Below, piece after piece: positions 1 to 11,399 of a DNA stretch of 64,000 nucleotides (within the stretch, counting starts at the first letter, position 1; every line of letters starts with the position of its first letter). Under the pieces are notes generated by a model. It was not told where the DNA came from, ran no database searches, and saw only the letters and a list, made by a program, of their open reading frames with translations. Both the position numbers and the translations under genes were made by a program. Source of the stretch: Ostrea edulis. Its lineage: Eukaryota. The DNA lies in the NCBI RefSeq assembly GCF_947568905.1, contig NC_079164.1, positions 78,182,001-78,246,000 on the forward strand. The letters are read 5' to 3'.

Positions 1-304
1 TTTTTAAAATGTGCAAGGGGTACACGAACAGGACATGCCTATCTGCTAATGAGTCATGATTACCATCAATATACTAAAAGGCATCTGTCAGTTCTGAAAG
101 AGGTGCTATTTTTGGGATTTTTTGCATAAAATGAGAAACGAATATTTCTTTTCAAGGAAAATTGATACCTGTCATTTTTAATGTTTTTGAGTCAACATGT
201 GGCCCAGCTGGATCATGTTTTGACATTTTGTCAAATAATTTTTGCATTATACATCTAATGACAACAAATTAAGTTTTCCTGTATAGAGAAAACCTTGTTT
301 CGAT

Positions 305-610
305 GTAAATATAATTCCATGAATTGACGTAGGTAGTCAGAGGAGTTAAAATTCCATAGGTTGATTTATGTACTTGTGTGGTTATATAATTCCATGTATT
401 GATATATGTCATCCTGAATTCCATGGATTGAAGTTTGTAGTCGTAGGGTTATACATATGTAATTCTATGGACTGATATATGTAGTCATGAGCTACATGAG
501 TCATATGTAATCATGGGGCTATAATTCCATGAATTGACATGTGTCGTCGTGGCGTTATAATTCCATAGATTGGCATATATGTCGATCGTCATGGGTTCCA
601 TGGATTGATG
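305..610. repeat. Degenerate minisatellite, ~35-bp units with core AATTCCATGGATTG
   Basis: Repeated variants of ataattccat(g/a)(g/a)attga; same core as the cleaner array at 1441-1715. Confidence 0.75.
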
Positions 611-935
611 TCTTGTAGACATATTTAATTTCTTTGGGGAAAATTTCGTTGTTTTTGTAGTGAACACGATTTTGTGTGCATTAATTTTCGTTGTTTGAGA
701 TCACCTGAAAAATACATATTATGCATACCAAACAATGCCACTTATCTGAAATCCTAACTTACTTAAATACTGTTAAAATACACATGTCATTTATACGTCG
801 TTTGTTTGATGAAGCGTGTCAACTTTAACACCTATTCCAAATAATCATTATTCCACTGTGCATGTAAGCTTGGGTCATTGAATTGTTGTACCCAGGCTGT
901 TTTGATAGTAATCATTCTCATTCTTAATTACATGT

Positions 936-1146
936 CCCGTGGGGATCCGGGTTAAAATAGGTCCTCAGTACCCCCTTGCTTGTCATAAGAGGCAACTAAA
1001 TGGGGCGGTCCTTCAGATGAGACCGCAAAAACCGAGGATCCCTCCCTGCTCAATGGCCATAAGCGCCGAGCATAGGCCTAAATATTGCAGCCTTTCACCG
1101 GCAGTGGTGACATCTCCATATAAGTGAAATATTCAATCAGTCAATC
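936..1146 (+). mobile_element. SINE-like bivalve interspersed repeat, internally deleted
   Basis: cccgtggggatccgggttaaaataggtcctcagtacccccttgcttgtcataagaggcaactaa... ending in a caatc-type tail. Homologous segments at 5711-5839, ~49555-49680 and ~56800-56890. Confidence 0.65.
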
Positions 1147-1440
1147 TTAATCATATTGAACTTTTTTATTTACACCTGTGTATTTTTGTGATAAATAGAT
1201 TAACTATACATGTATATTAATTGATACAACAGTATAGGAATATAATGGTGACAATTACGGACTGGCGAAATGTGATCTATAAATAGACAACAAATAACAG
1301 ACACAGATTTCTAACATTAAAATAAGGATTTTCTGATGTGAAAAATCTTTGTTGGATTTAATTCGTTGTTTTCTCCCAAACACGAAAATAATGAAATGTA
1401 ACACGAAATCAAATACATCCACTGTATGTAGTCATGGGTT

Positions 1441-1715
1441 ATATTTCCATGGATTGATGAATGTAGTTACAGGTTAGAATTCCATGGATTGGTGTATGTA
1501 GAATTCCATGGATTGGTGTATGTAGTTACAGGTTAGAATTCCATGGATTGATGAATGTAGTTACAGGTTAGAATTCCATGGATTGATGAATGTAGTTACA
1601 GGTTAGAATTCCATGGATTGGTGTATGTAGTTACAGGTTAGAATTCCATGGATTGGTGTATGTAGAATTCCATGGATTGGTGTATGTAGTTACAGGTTAG
1701 AATTCCATGGATTGG
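1441..1715. repeat. Minisatellite, 35-bp unit TAGTTACAGGTTAGAATTCCATGGATTGGTGTATG with 24-bp deletion variants
   Basis: Near-perfect tandem copies visible directly. Confidence 0.9.
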
Positions 1716-2279
1716 CCTAGCTATGTGGACATTATATGTGGGAAATTTCAAACTTGCATGAACTGCTTTAACTGTTAACTGCAATTATTGTTGTATTTGT
1801 TTATGATTTTTTCAATAAGCTATCAAAATAGCTGATCTTCCTGTGCTTGGAGCTTTAATTAAGGCACTCTCTTAATTTATAAAGCCTGAAGATTGATATG
1901 CCTTGAATATTCATGTAATGGGTTTTTATTATATGGAATTAATGCTTATTCTCAAAATGTTTCTTTTGCAATAGAGTTCCTGGCATTTTATTGTGATGTT
2001 ACAATAGAACATCTTTTTATGGGCCTGTCTTTCAATTCAATTCAATTTATTTATTGACATCACCATGTTGGCATACAGTCAAAATAAAAAACAAATGACA
2101 TAGAAGAGAAAAATTATGGCACAATGAATATACCATATATAAGACATATTCATACGGTTCTTTAAAGTCCATGAATTTGTTTTCTCTGCATAAAGCATCT
2201 TTAGACGAATGTCATGGTATAGTGATGTCTGTTCAGGGTTTTCTGTTTCTAATTTCATTTTTCTGTCGCATATCAAGCT

Positions 2280-2655
2280 AAAACTTGCTATGTAGCTTCT
2301 TTGTGCATCACTCTAGATCTTATTACAGTTTTGATCCATTTCTACCTCTCTTGCAGGAGTTTTGCCCCTTTATTTGAAAATTATTGTCATATGGAGGGTA
2401 CATAATTTGTCCAGCAAACTCCTCCCACAATTTTCAAGTGAGGACCATCTTGTTTTACAGAGTGTTTGTATGGATATTGAAGATGTGCATGTGGGAAGGA
2501 TTTTGATTTTCTTCAATTTTTGAGAAAATTACAGGTTGTTGAACTTAGTCCGTTTTGAGGAATATATTACAAAGAGAGTTCATGATTTGTTTAGTGAACT
2601 CCTCCCCCAGTTTTCAAGTGAGAACCTTATTTTACAGAGTGTTTATTTGGGTATT
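2280..2655. mobile_element. Fragment of a Helentron/Helitron-type non-autonomous repeat
   Basis: Two diverged tandem units (aactcctccc..caattttcaagtgag..ttttacagagtgttt) of the kind found inside oyster HINE-like elements. Confidence 0.45.
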
Positions 2656-4019
2656 AAGCTAATTCATATTATGCAAAAAAAAGGTATATTACAGTTTGAT
2701 GATGGCTGATACCACCTGAAGCAGAGTTCTACAAATTATGGCTTAAGAAATACACCCCATGTAAGCATTTTCATGACCGTATTATGTACCGTTTGCGGTA
2801 ATCTTGTGAAATACAATGATTGATGTTCAGACTATTTTGATGTACATATTCAATAATGGTGTGAATATGGGTGGATCTGTACATTTAGATCATTCTTTTA
2901 TTGTGTAAAGCCCTTCTCCTAATTAAGAAGTTCTTTTCAAGTTTTTACCTTGTGGACACCAAATTGACTGGTACAGATGGAATTCATTAAAGAAAACAAT
3001 GGTACCCAAATGAAGAAATTTTCATATCAGTCTATATTTGCATTCTGTTTTAAATCCAAACCATTTTTATGATATGGTTAACCACTTTTTACCTATGTTG
3101 GCTGGAAATAACATACGACACACCTGTACATTTTCCCAGGTCATTGACTCAATGTAGATTTCAAGACCAGCATTCATGTAGATTGCTCCAACTTTGATTT
3201 ATGATTTTCATGTATAAATTACTGTCAGTGCCACCAGAAAGATCACATTTGTTAACCAGTGTACAACAGCATGGAATGTCTTCAGTCACTGTGTCGGTGT
3301 GGAAGACCCCCTTCCTATGACTATTCGACACATATTGTTCTGCCACCCTATCAGTCTATTGATTTCATTTGACTTGCACCATTTTCCTCATTAATAATCC
3401 TCAAATATATTGAGTATATGGTTTTTATGGAATTCATTTTTACTATATGATTCACGGGGTGTGGCATGTTTAATGATGACTCGCTCAATTTTTATCAAGG
3501 ATTTCTAAAATTTGATTATACTTTTCGTATTGTGTTTTGACATGTATGATGATTTCCTTTGTACAACCCGTTTGGTGTGAATTGAGGTAATTGGGGATGT
3601 ATCGTGATACATCACAATATTTTCTTTTTAAAAAATATTGTAATATAGATCTACATTGTATCGCCATGAATCTTTATAAAAATGAATTGTTTCTTTCTTC
3701 AATTTATTCATCATTCGTAATGAAATATACAAGTCTATCAAAATCTTGCTGTTATAACTGACAGTATATTGAATTTACCAAGAACTACAAAATCATATCA
3801 GCATTTTTAGGTCATTACACTCAGTTAAATCAAAATGTGCAAATCTTATATTTCTGAAAAGTATTGCAGGACATTGATTTTCCTATTTTGTGTATTTATG
3901 TACATTGTGTCATTCAAATGTACTTGTATATTGCAATGCACCTATGTAGTATTACAATGACCATTATTAGCGAAACACCCCAATTAGTTGTATACATGTA
4001 CTTATTCTGCAATGTACTG

Positions 4020-4550
4020 GCGATATTTATATGCCCCCTTTGAAAAAAGGGGGTGCATATTGGTTCGCTTCTGTCTGTCGGTAGACCTAAGTGTTGTCTG
4101 CTCAAAATTTTGAGAACCCTTTGCTTGGCAAACATCGAATTTTGTGTACTGGTAGCCCACAGAGAGTATTTGACCGTTGTTGATGAGTGACAAGGTCAAT
4201 TGTCAGGGGTCAAACTACTCTGAACCTGAGAAAATGTTGTCAATTCAACATCTTAAGAACCCTTTGGTTGATAGAATCAATCTCTGTACAGTATTACCCA
4301 GAAGGAATGGATGATACCTCTATTGATTTTTAAAAGACCTTTTCTGTGAAACCATGATCCTTCCATCTTGGAGACTAATCCAAGTTTTATTAAGATTTAT
4401 CCTTGCTCGTAACTTTTAAATGGTGAGTGATAGGGCTCTCTTATTTCATTTGTGCATTCCTTGTAACAAGGCCCTTCTTTTGGTTCCTTTTTTTTTTTAC
4501 CTTATGACCTTGGTGTGTGGCCTACTTTTAAGAAAAGTTAATCTAGGAAA
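4020..4550 (+). mobile_element. HINE-like (Helentron-associated) element fragment
   Basis: T-rich start, small hairpin atatgccccc-tttgaaaaaa-gggggtgcatat, then a (ctgt/gtcg) microsatellite, the typical head of these elements. Confidence 0.5.
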
Positions 4551-4976
4551 AATCTCCTATAGATATTTTATTACTTATCCAGGTCCAATCAAGGGTATAT
4601 ACAAGGATTTACCCTGAGTAATATTCCATACACCCCGAAGCCTCAGTGATGGAATACAACCCGAGGTAAATCCCAATACATCTTAATTGGTTTTGACAAA
4701 TATAACGAGTTTATGTCCTAATGAACTCTTTATCTAGGTCCATTGCCATTTGTGCAGACGATTATAAGAGTAGTCCACTTTGTACACATATTAATGCTTA
4801 AACATTGTGACATCACATTATTTAACCCCCCCCCCACCCCCCCCCACCCGGTGTTCATAAATTTACACACAGCTACATTTAGTTAACCAATCAAATTTTG
4901 TATTACGAGGTAGAAAAGCAATAACTATTATTGCACCCCTATTAGTGATATCTAATTTTCTGGCAACATTTTTCAG

Positions 4977-7900
4977 AGTAAGGATCCTGAGAAATCTGAG
5001 GATTCAGCAGGAAGAGGACATTGAGCATCTGAAGGTGTCCCAGAACAAAGTCAGAGATATGGCTGAAAATCTGGCCTCCAAATACAGTGACTGTCAGGAC
5101 AAACAGGAGGAGATCATTCAACGGTCAGTGGTCAGCTGGAATGGTGATGTTTAAAGCTGTACTCATGGGGATTTATGTGTTGATCTGAGAGTAAATCTTA
5201 CATATTAAAGGTGTTATTTCTGAAAAGCAAATACATTTATATTCATGTAAAAAAAGCATTCATGTTTTCAATACAAGAAATGGGTGTTCTGAATACACAT
5301 GAAAAGTTCTCTCTGAAAAAGAAAAGTTTAGATTTAATCTCTACATGTTTATGTTACAATATTAGAAACATGTATATTGTGTACAATGTCTGAATACATG
5401 TGAAAAGTTCTCTCTGGAGAAGATGAGTTACAATATTAGATACGTTGTATATCGTATTTGAGTATTGGAACGGCAAATGTTTATAACTTCTTTATGGTGC
5501 TCGATGGTACAAAAATAGGCTAAGAATGCAAGCTGAACAAGAGTCGGAATGTACCAATAGTATACATACGTTAGATTCCAAATACACCATGAAGAATTTA
5601 TGATCGCGTAATTTAGCAAGAAGGACCACATGCGAAATAAAATTAATCACTTTCATTAGTTACTTGTATATAATAAAATATATGCAAAAGCTCTTCATCG
5701 ACATTCTAATCCCTTGGGGATCTGGGTTAGAATAGGTCCTCAGTACCCCTTGCTTGTTGTAAGAGGCGACAAAATGGGACAATCCTTCGGATGAGACTGC
5801 AAAAACTGGGCCATGTGTCACAGTAGGTGTGGCACAATATTTTGGGCCAGATGACTTTAGAAATTGTACCTACTTCTTTATTGAGCAGGATTGAGGATGT
5901 AATGAGGAGACTACAAGAGAAGATGCCATTGATGTCCGAGGCTGAACGAGGAATGAAGCGAGAACTGGAGACAATGGAGGAACAACTAAAGGTCTACAAG
6001 AGGTCCCTAGAACAGGTACAACAGGAAATGGGGGGGGGGGGGGGGGGGGTAGGATGAACTATTACAAGAGGTCCCTAGAAATGGGACAACACTTAGAAGG
6101 AAATGTGGAGGGGGGGATAGGGTGAACTATCTTCATAGAAAATTTATGCACATTCAGTTCACACAGTTTGACATTATGTAATTGAACAATGCAAGAAAAA
6201 AGTTTTATAAAAGTTTCCTAGTTTCAAAATATTTATATTTTATTATTTTTCTTAGCTGAAAATTAAACAAGAATACCAGAAAAGACAGATATCCCAGACA
6301 CCTAACAGGGTGTACGCCAGTCCTACCCTAAAATCTGGTCAACTCAAGCAGATAAAGGAAGTTCTCCAACAAGAGTAAGACAACAACCTCACAGTTTCTG
6401 AATTCAGTGATTCGTAATACTTTTTGTTTGAATATGCATCTGCTGTGTTCCTGTCCCAAGATATTTTGTTGTTTCATAAACTAGGGCAGTACTACAAATT
6501 TCACATCTTTGGGGTCCAGTAGTAAGCATCTGTCATGCAATGGGGTGGAGCATATATGTTAACCCCTCTCTGCGCATTATTCTGTAATGCGGGCTTTTTT
6601 GTTGTGCTTGTAAATAATAAGCTATCATCTGGTACACAGGCAAATGTGCCTCACGTGAATTTCATGTGAAATGCTGTTCACGTGAAATTCACATGAACCT
6701 TTCACGTGAAATTCACGTAAATTTCATGTGAATTTCACGTGAAAAGTGATTCACGTGAAATTCACGTTAATATGTCCACATGAATTTCACGTGAACCACT
6801 TTTCACGTGAAATTCACGTTAAAATATTCACATGAATTTCACGTGAACAGCAATTCACATGAAATTCACGTTAAATTTTTCACATGAATTTCACGTGAAA
6901 AGCATTATATCACTTTTCACATTAGTTCCTTGCGAAAATTTTAATGTGATTTGATTATCGCAAGGAAATAATGTGAACGTTGATTCACGTTAATTTCACG
7001 TGAAAAGATTCACACGAATTTCACGTGAAATTTCTTCATGTGAAATTCACACGAACAATTTCACACGAATTTCACGTGAAAAGCTATTCACGTTAAAACT
7101 TTAACAAGAAAAGCGATTAAAGTGAAATATTCACACTTCTTAATATATTCAAGCGAAAAAATAAATAAAATTAAGGTAAAATATAAAACGATATGGAGAT
7201 TAGGCAATTCAAAAGTAAGAGTACATTTATAAAATGTAGGCAAACGACCAATAAAGTAGATCCTGCTCACGCCTCCCTCTCCTCGTTTATTTGCGAAATT
7301 ATTAACTTGCATTGTTCTGTACGCAGTATGATTACATGTACTTTCCACACCTGATTTCTCTCATTTCCCATTATTTTTTCTCTTAGGAATTAAAATATAA
7401 ATTAAATCTCTCATCATCATAGATATTAATGAAAGCATATTTTCCAACTACTTGAAGAATCACTGTATTGATAGAGTTAGAATGTGCAACTTCAAAACCA
7501 CGAAATTTTCTACACATGGAAAATTACTATTTTACAGTAGAATCAGAAAGAACTATGAATTAAAACTAATAAGACCATTTGAAATTTCCATTTGTGAGAT
7601 CAGTACGTTTTAGATAGCTAAGAATATTTGCCCACCCTTTAGAAATTGAAACTGGTGGATATTCAAAACCATGCATTCCAAAAGATTGTTGTTTTTGTCA
7701 GTTTTGTAAAACTACTGAAGATGAGTTAAAGTTTTTATCGCGCTGCTTTATGATGTTAGTAACAGGCTACTTGTCGGGGTGCACTTGGGCTGTTTACATA
7801 CATGTGATTTGAGGGTAGTATTGTGCAGGTGGGGAAAAATGCCATGATATTGTTTTCCGCTGCCGGTAGTTTGGCATCAATTTTAATTACCCCCCCCCCC

Positions 7901-10372
7901 CCTCCTTATTAGATACATCGAGAATAATTACCGGTGTGATACCTTGGAAGCTGGTGTATGCATAAAGTTAGACTTATTGGAAATTGCTGATACACGCATG
8001 TAGAAATGAAAATTTTCTATCAGCCGTATTCACCATCCCGAATTTGTAGATCGTCAATCAAAAGGAAAACACAGATTTCTAGCACTCGGAAGAAAGCGAA
8101 TAACATAAACAATCCTTAACATTACTGTCCATGTATATTTAGATAACTTTTAAAAAATATATATAAAGCTTTACACTACAGTCAGATTCCGGTAATAGTT
8201 ACAAGACTGTGACGTCACACTCGAGTAAGCCGTCTGACGCGTCTGACGTATGCAAGACAGCGAATGTGAACGTACATAGAAACTCTACAGGTAAGATGAG
8301 ATTGAGCATTGTAATTTATAAATGTTCAGTGTAAATTCAAGCCATTAGGCTTATTACATTTATGTGATCTAAAGTTCCTAATGCAACCGCTTATTTCAGA
8401 CTGATGAGAATTACTTTAGACGGGGTACGTCAACGAATAGGCACGACAGCGAAAATACGGAAGTCACTTCGGGGACGTGTCGCAGAATCGCATAACTCTA
8501 CACGGTTTGTTAATCTTTCCTTATTCATCAGAGAACATGGTAATCGTAATTCAGAACATAATTTTTATAATTTAATCGATTTAGATATTGATTAGGGGTG
8601 CTAAGTAACGTTCTATATTACCTTCATAGAGGCATCATCGAAATCAGGCATGTTGAAAGGGGGGGGGGGGGGGGGTGATGTGTAACAATGTCCATCGATT
8701 GTTATATATATCGTAATGCCAATTAAATGTGTGTATATATATATATATATATATTGGTTGCTCCCCCATTTAACTATAGTTTTAAATGAGAAGAATGTAA
8801 GCTTGAAAGCTCTATCAATATCAATCGTTTCATTTTAAGCAATGCATTTACATAGATTTAATCTAGATAATGAGGAATGCAAAGTCATTTTCAAATCGCC
8901 TCTGGGTTAGAACATGACAATTTGAAAACATATTCCATGACTTCCTTCTGTATCTTGTATAATAGTTCTATTCTATTCTGTATGATGATATATAAAAGGT
9001 TATGTTTCTTTCAAACACAAATTATTGATAATTTTGCAACTTTTTTTTCTTCGTTTCTGCTACATCTACATGCAATTACATTCATAGTACAGTATGTGTA
9101 CATAAGGCTTAATATGACTCCTTTTGTATATTGAACAGTCCTTCTAATACATAAATATTTCTTTTTCAGAGATTAAAAGAAAGAAAAAAAAGACAATGAA
9201 GACAACCATTTAAAAACAAATTCAATCAATTAAATTATCAGCAGATTGAAAGCAGATTTGTACTCCTTTTTGTGTTCATCTGAACCCGAGATTCAGATTA
9301 TCAAAATATCCATGTATGATTTAAGTTATAAAGTTTATGTGAAATTCACGTGAATTTTATGTGAAATTCATGTTAAAGATTTCACGTGAAATTCACGTGA
9401 ATTTTATGTGAAATTCATGTGAATTTCACGTGATTTTTTTTCGTGTGAATTCACATTTGATGCTCTTTTAACGTGAATTTCACATAGAAATTTTCACATG
9501 AAATTCATGTGAATTTCACGTGAAATTCACGTGAGGCACATTTGCCTGTGTAGATCTCTTATATTGACGACTTACAATCCAAGTTCGAATTTCATGCCTA
9601 TTGAATTATTTTCACCATAATTGCCCTAGAACTTTTTTAAAAATTCTAAATTCTCACTGTTTGCCAGACTTTTTTTCTATGCCTGTAGATAACAAGCTAA
9701 TATTTGGTATATCTCCTATATTGATGACTTATAGATCAAGTTTGTCAATGTTTCATGTCATGTAATTATATGTAGTATCTGAGTAATTCATTAATTTACA
9801 AGGCCCAGCTTCCATGTCCTTAAAACTAATGTAATTCAATTCTCTTATCAACTGATTTAATAAAACTAAAGCACAAATATGACATTTTATTTATGTTTCA
9901 TTTGCACCCATTGTTATTTTCACATCCTGTTTCAAACAGCGAGGGCAATCATGTCATTTCGACACATCAAGTTTCATTGAACATAAAACCATGTATAGGA
10001 TGTAAATTCACATTAGCTTTAAAGAGAGTATGTGAATGGGAAATTGACACATGTCAATAGAAACAGCAAGCATATGCATGTTCAAACACCATGTTTTGAA
10101 ATTCTTATAATTAGTAAAAAATGACACATTGTAAAATTAATGAATTGTGTAAAATTCATAAAAGAACAAAGAATTTCCGAGAGGTTTTTGCCCAGTATTT
10201 CAGAAATTTGGGAAAATGGTAGACTTGTGATGGCACAGATATTTCTCAGTTATTAAGCTAAATTACAAGTAGTTTGTCTTTTTAAATATGCTTTTTATGC
10301 AATTTCAGGGGAGATGATCTGAGTGAAATGTTGAAACGAGTCAATGCCCTAAAACTGGAGGCAGGAGTCTGA
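4977..10372 (+). CDS. NUP88: Nucleoporin Nup88, last four coding exons; gene starts upstream of the window
   Basis: Exons 4977-5123, 5889-6015, 6256-6374, 10309-10372 join in phase (2,0,2) with GT-AG ends. Translation ...VRDMAENLASKYSDCQDKQEEIIQRIEDVMRRLQEKMPLMSEAERGMKRELETMEEQLKVYKRSLEQLKIKQEYQKRQ...QLKQIKEVLQQEGDDLSEMLKRVNALKLEAGV* resembles the Nup88 C-terminal coiled coil as I recall it (LAxKYEE..KQEDI..R; PVLSxxERxMKKEL). Confidence 0.88.
5711..5839 (+). mobile_element. SINE-like repeat, 5' part, in a NUP88 intron
   Basis: Clear homology to 936-1010 (ggggatctgggttagaataggtcctcagtaccccttgcttgttgtaagaggcgac). Confidence 0.65.
6635..9550. mobile_element. Non-autonomous TIR DNA transposon, 2916 bp, CACTA/EnSpm-like, in the last NUP88 intron
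   Basis: Perfect 30-bp TIR (CACAGGCAAATGTGCCTCACGTGAATTTCA), TA on both flanks (6633-6634, 9551-9552), subterminal arrays of palindromic TTTCACGTGAAA at 6650-7095 and 9335-9535. No transposase ORF seen. Superfamily is inferred. Confidence 0.85.
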
Positions 10373-11399
10373 CAGAAATTACCACAAACTGCTTATAAGG
10401 TTTGAAAGACTTGACAGCATCAGACTCCACAGAGAAATTACAAAGTGACACTGTTATTGTCAAACATTGTTCCGTATGTAATCTCGTTCTGAAAGCCATT
10501 TCTCCATGGCAGGCCCTCAAGAGCAGATACTTATTTAAAAAGACATCAAAGTACTCAGTTACAGGTGAAATTCATCTTTGTTATTTGTGTTTTACAAAAA
10601 TAAATACTAAAGATAAAATGAAACTTCGTGTTCAAATACAGTATAGAAAAGATGGTGTTGTCTTTTATGTGTGAAATAACAATACCTGGTGTTACACAGT
10701 CACAAATGAAGTGGTACATTGTAAAAAGTATTTACCTGCTGATTGTCTCACTTAAAACATGATTGTGACGTAAACCTTTTGTTTGAATTGTCCATTCTCT
10801 AGGTTTTTGTTGTGCGAACTTCATTAACAGTCCATTAAGTTACCTGTAAGTGTCTATTCTTTTTTAATAACTGTCCATTCTTTTTCAATCAGAATGGACA
10901 GTTACAACAAACAGAATGGACAGTGGCAGGTAAAGATTGGAATGTACCCAAGGGGGAAAAACAACAAATACATTAAATGCAACATTTAATTTACGTGACT
11001 TCAAAACTTGAACTCGAAGGAAACATTGCCAGATTTGATTTTGATTTCACTAGTGGTATTTCCAGTTCCTGGTACTTTCACTTGTTTCTCTTCATCTGCA
11101 TTTTGAGTGTCACTACTTTTAACATTCCCATGAATACCGTAATCTTGTTGATGTCTCACTCATCACTCGTTTTCAAAATATATTCTTGTGATGTAAATCC
11201 AAATGAATTCTGGCCCAAGATATTTTACCTGTTTTGCTGCGAAGTTGCAAACAATGATGCAAATACAAATATTTATTGGCACAAACACAATAATTGGCAA
11301 AGGCCCATTGAACATCAATACATAATGTTTACATAATTTTTATGTAGTTGAAAGTAATTGACTTCTGTATTCAAAACAGTCTCTAATAAATTTCACAGT

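Noticed and set aside
3161-3346. ORF with faint similarity to a LINE RT segment
   Set aside because: No recognisable QG or YADD motif; too decayed to call.
1-4976. Further upstream NUP88 exons
   Set aside because: No open, Nup88-like segment with compatible splice sites was found; the region is repeat-filled intron.
8401-8460. CTGATGAG...GAAA as a possible hammerhead
   Set aside because: No stem II, stem I or UH cleavage site can be formed.
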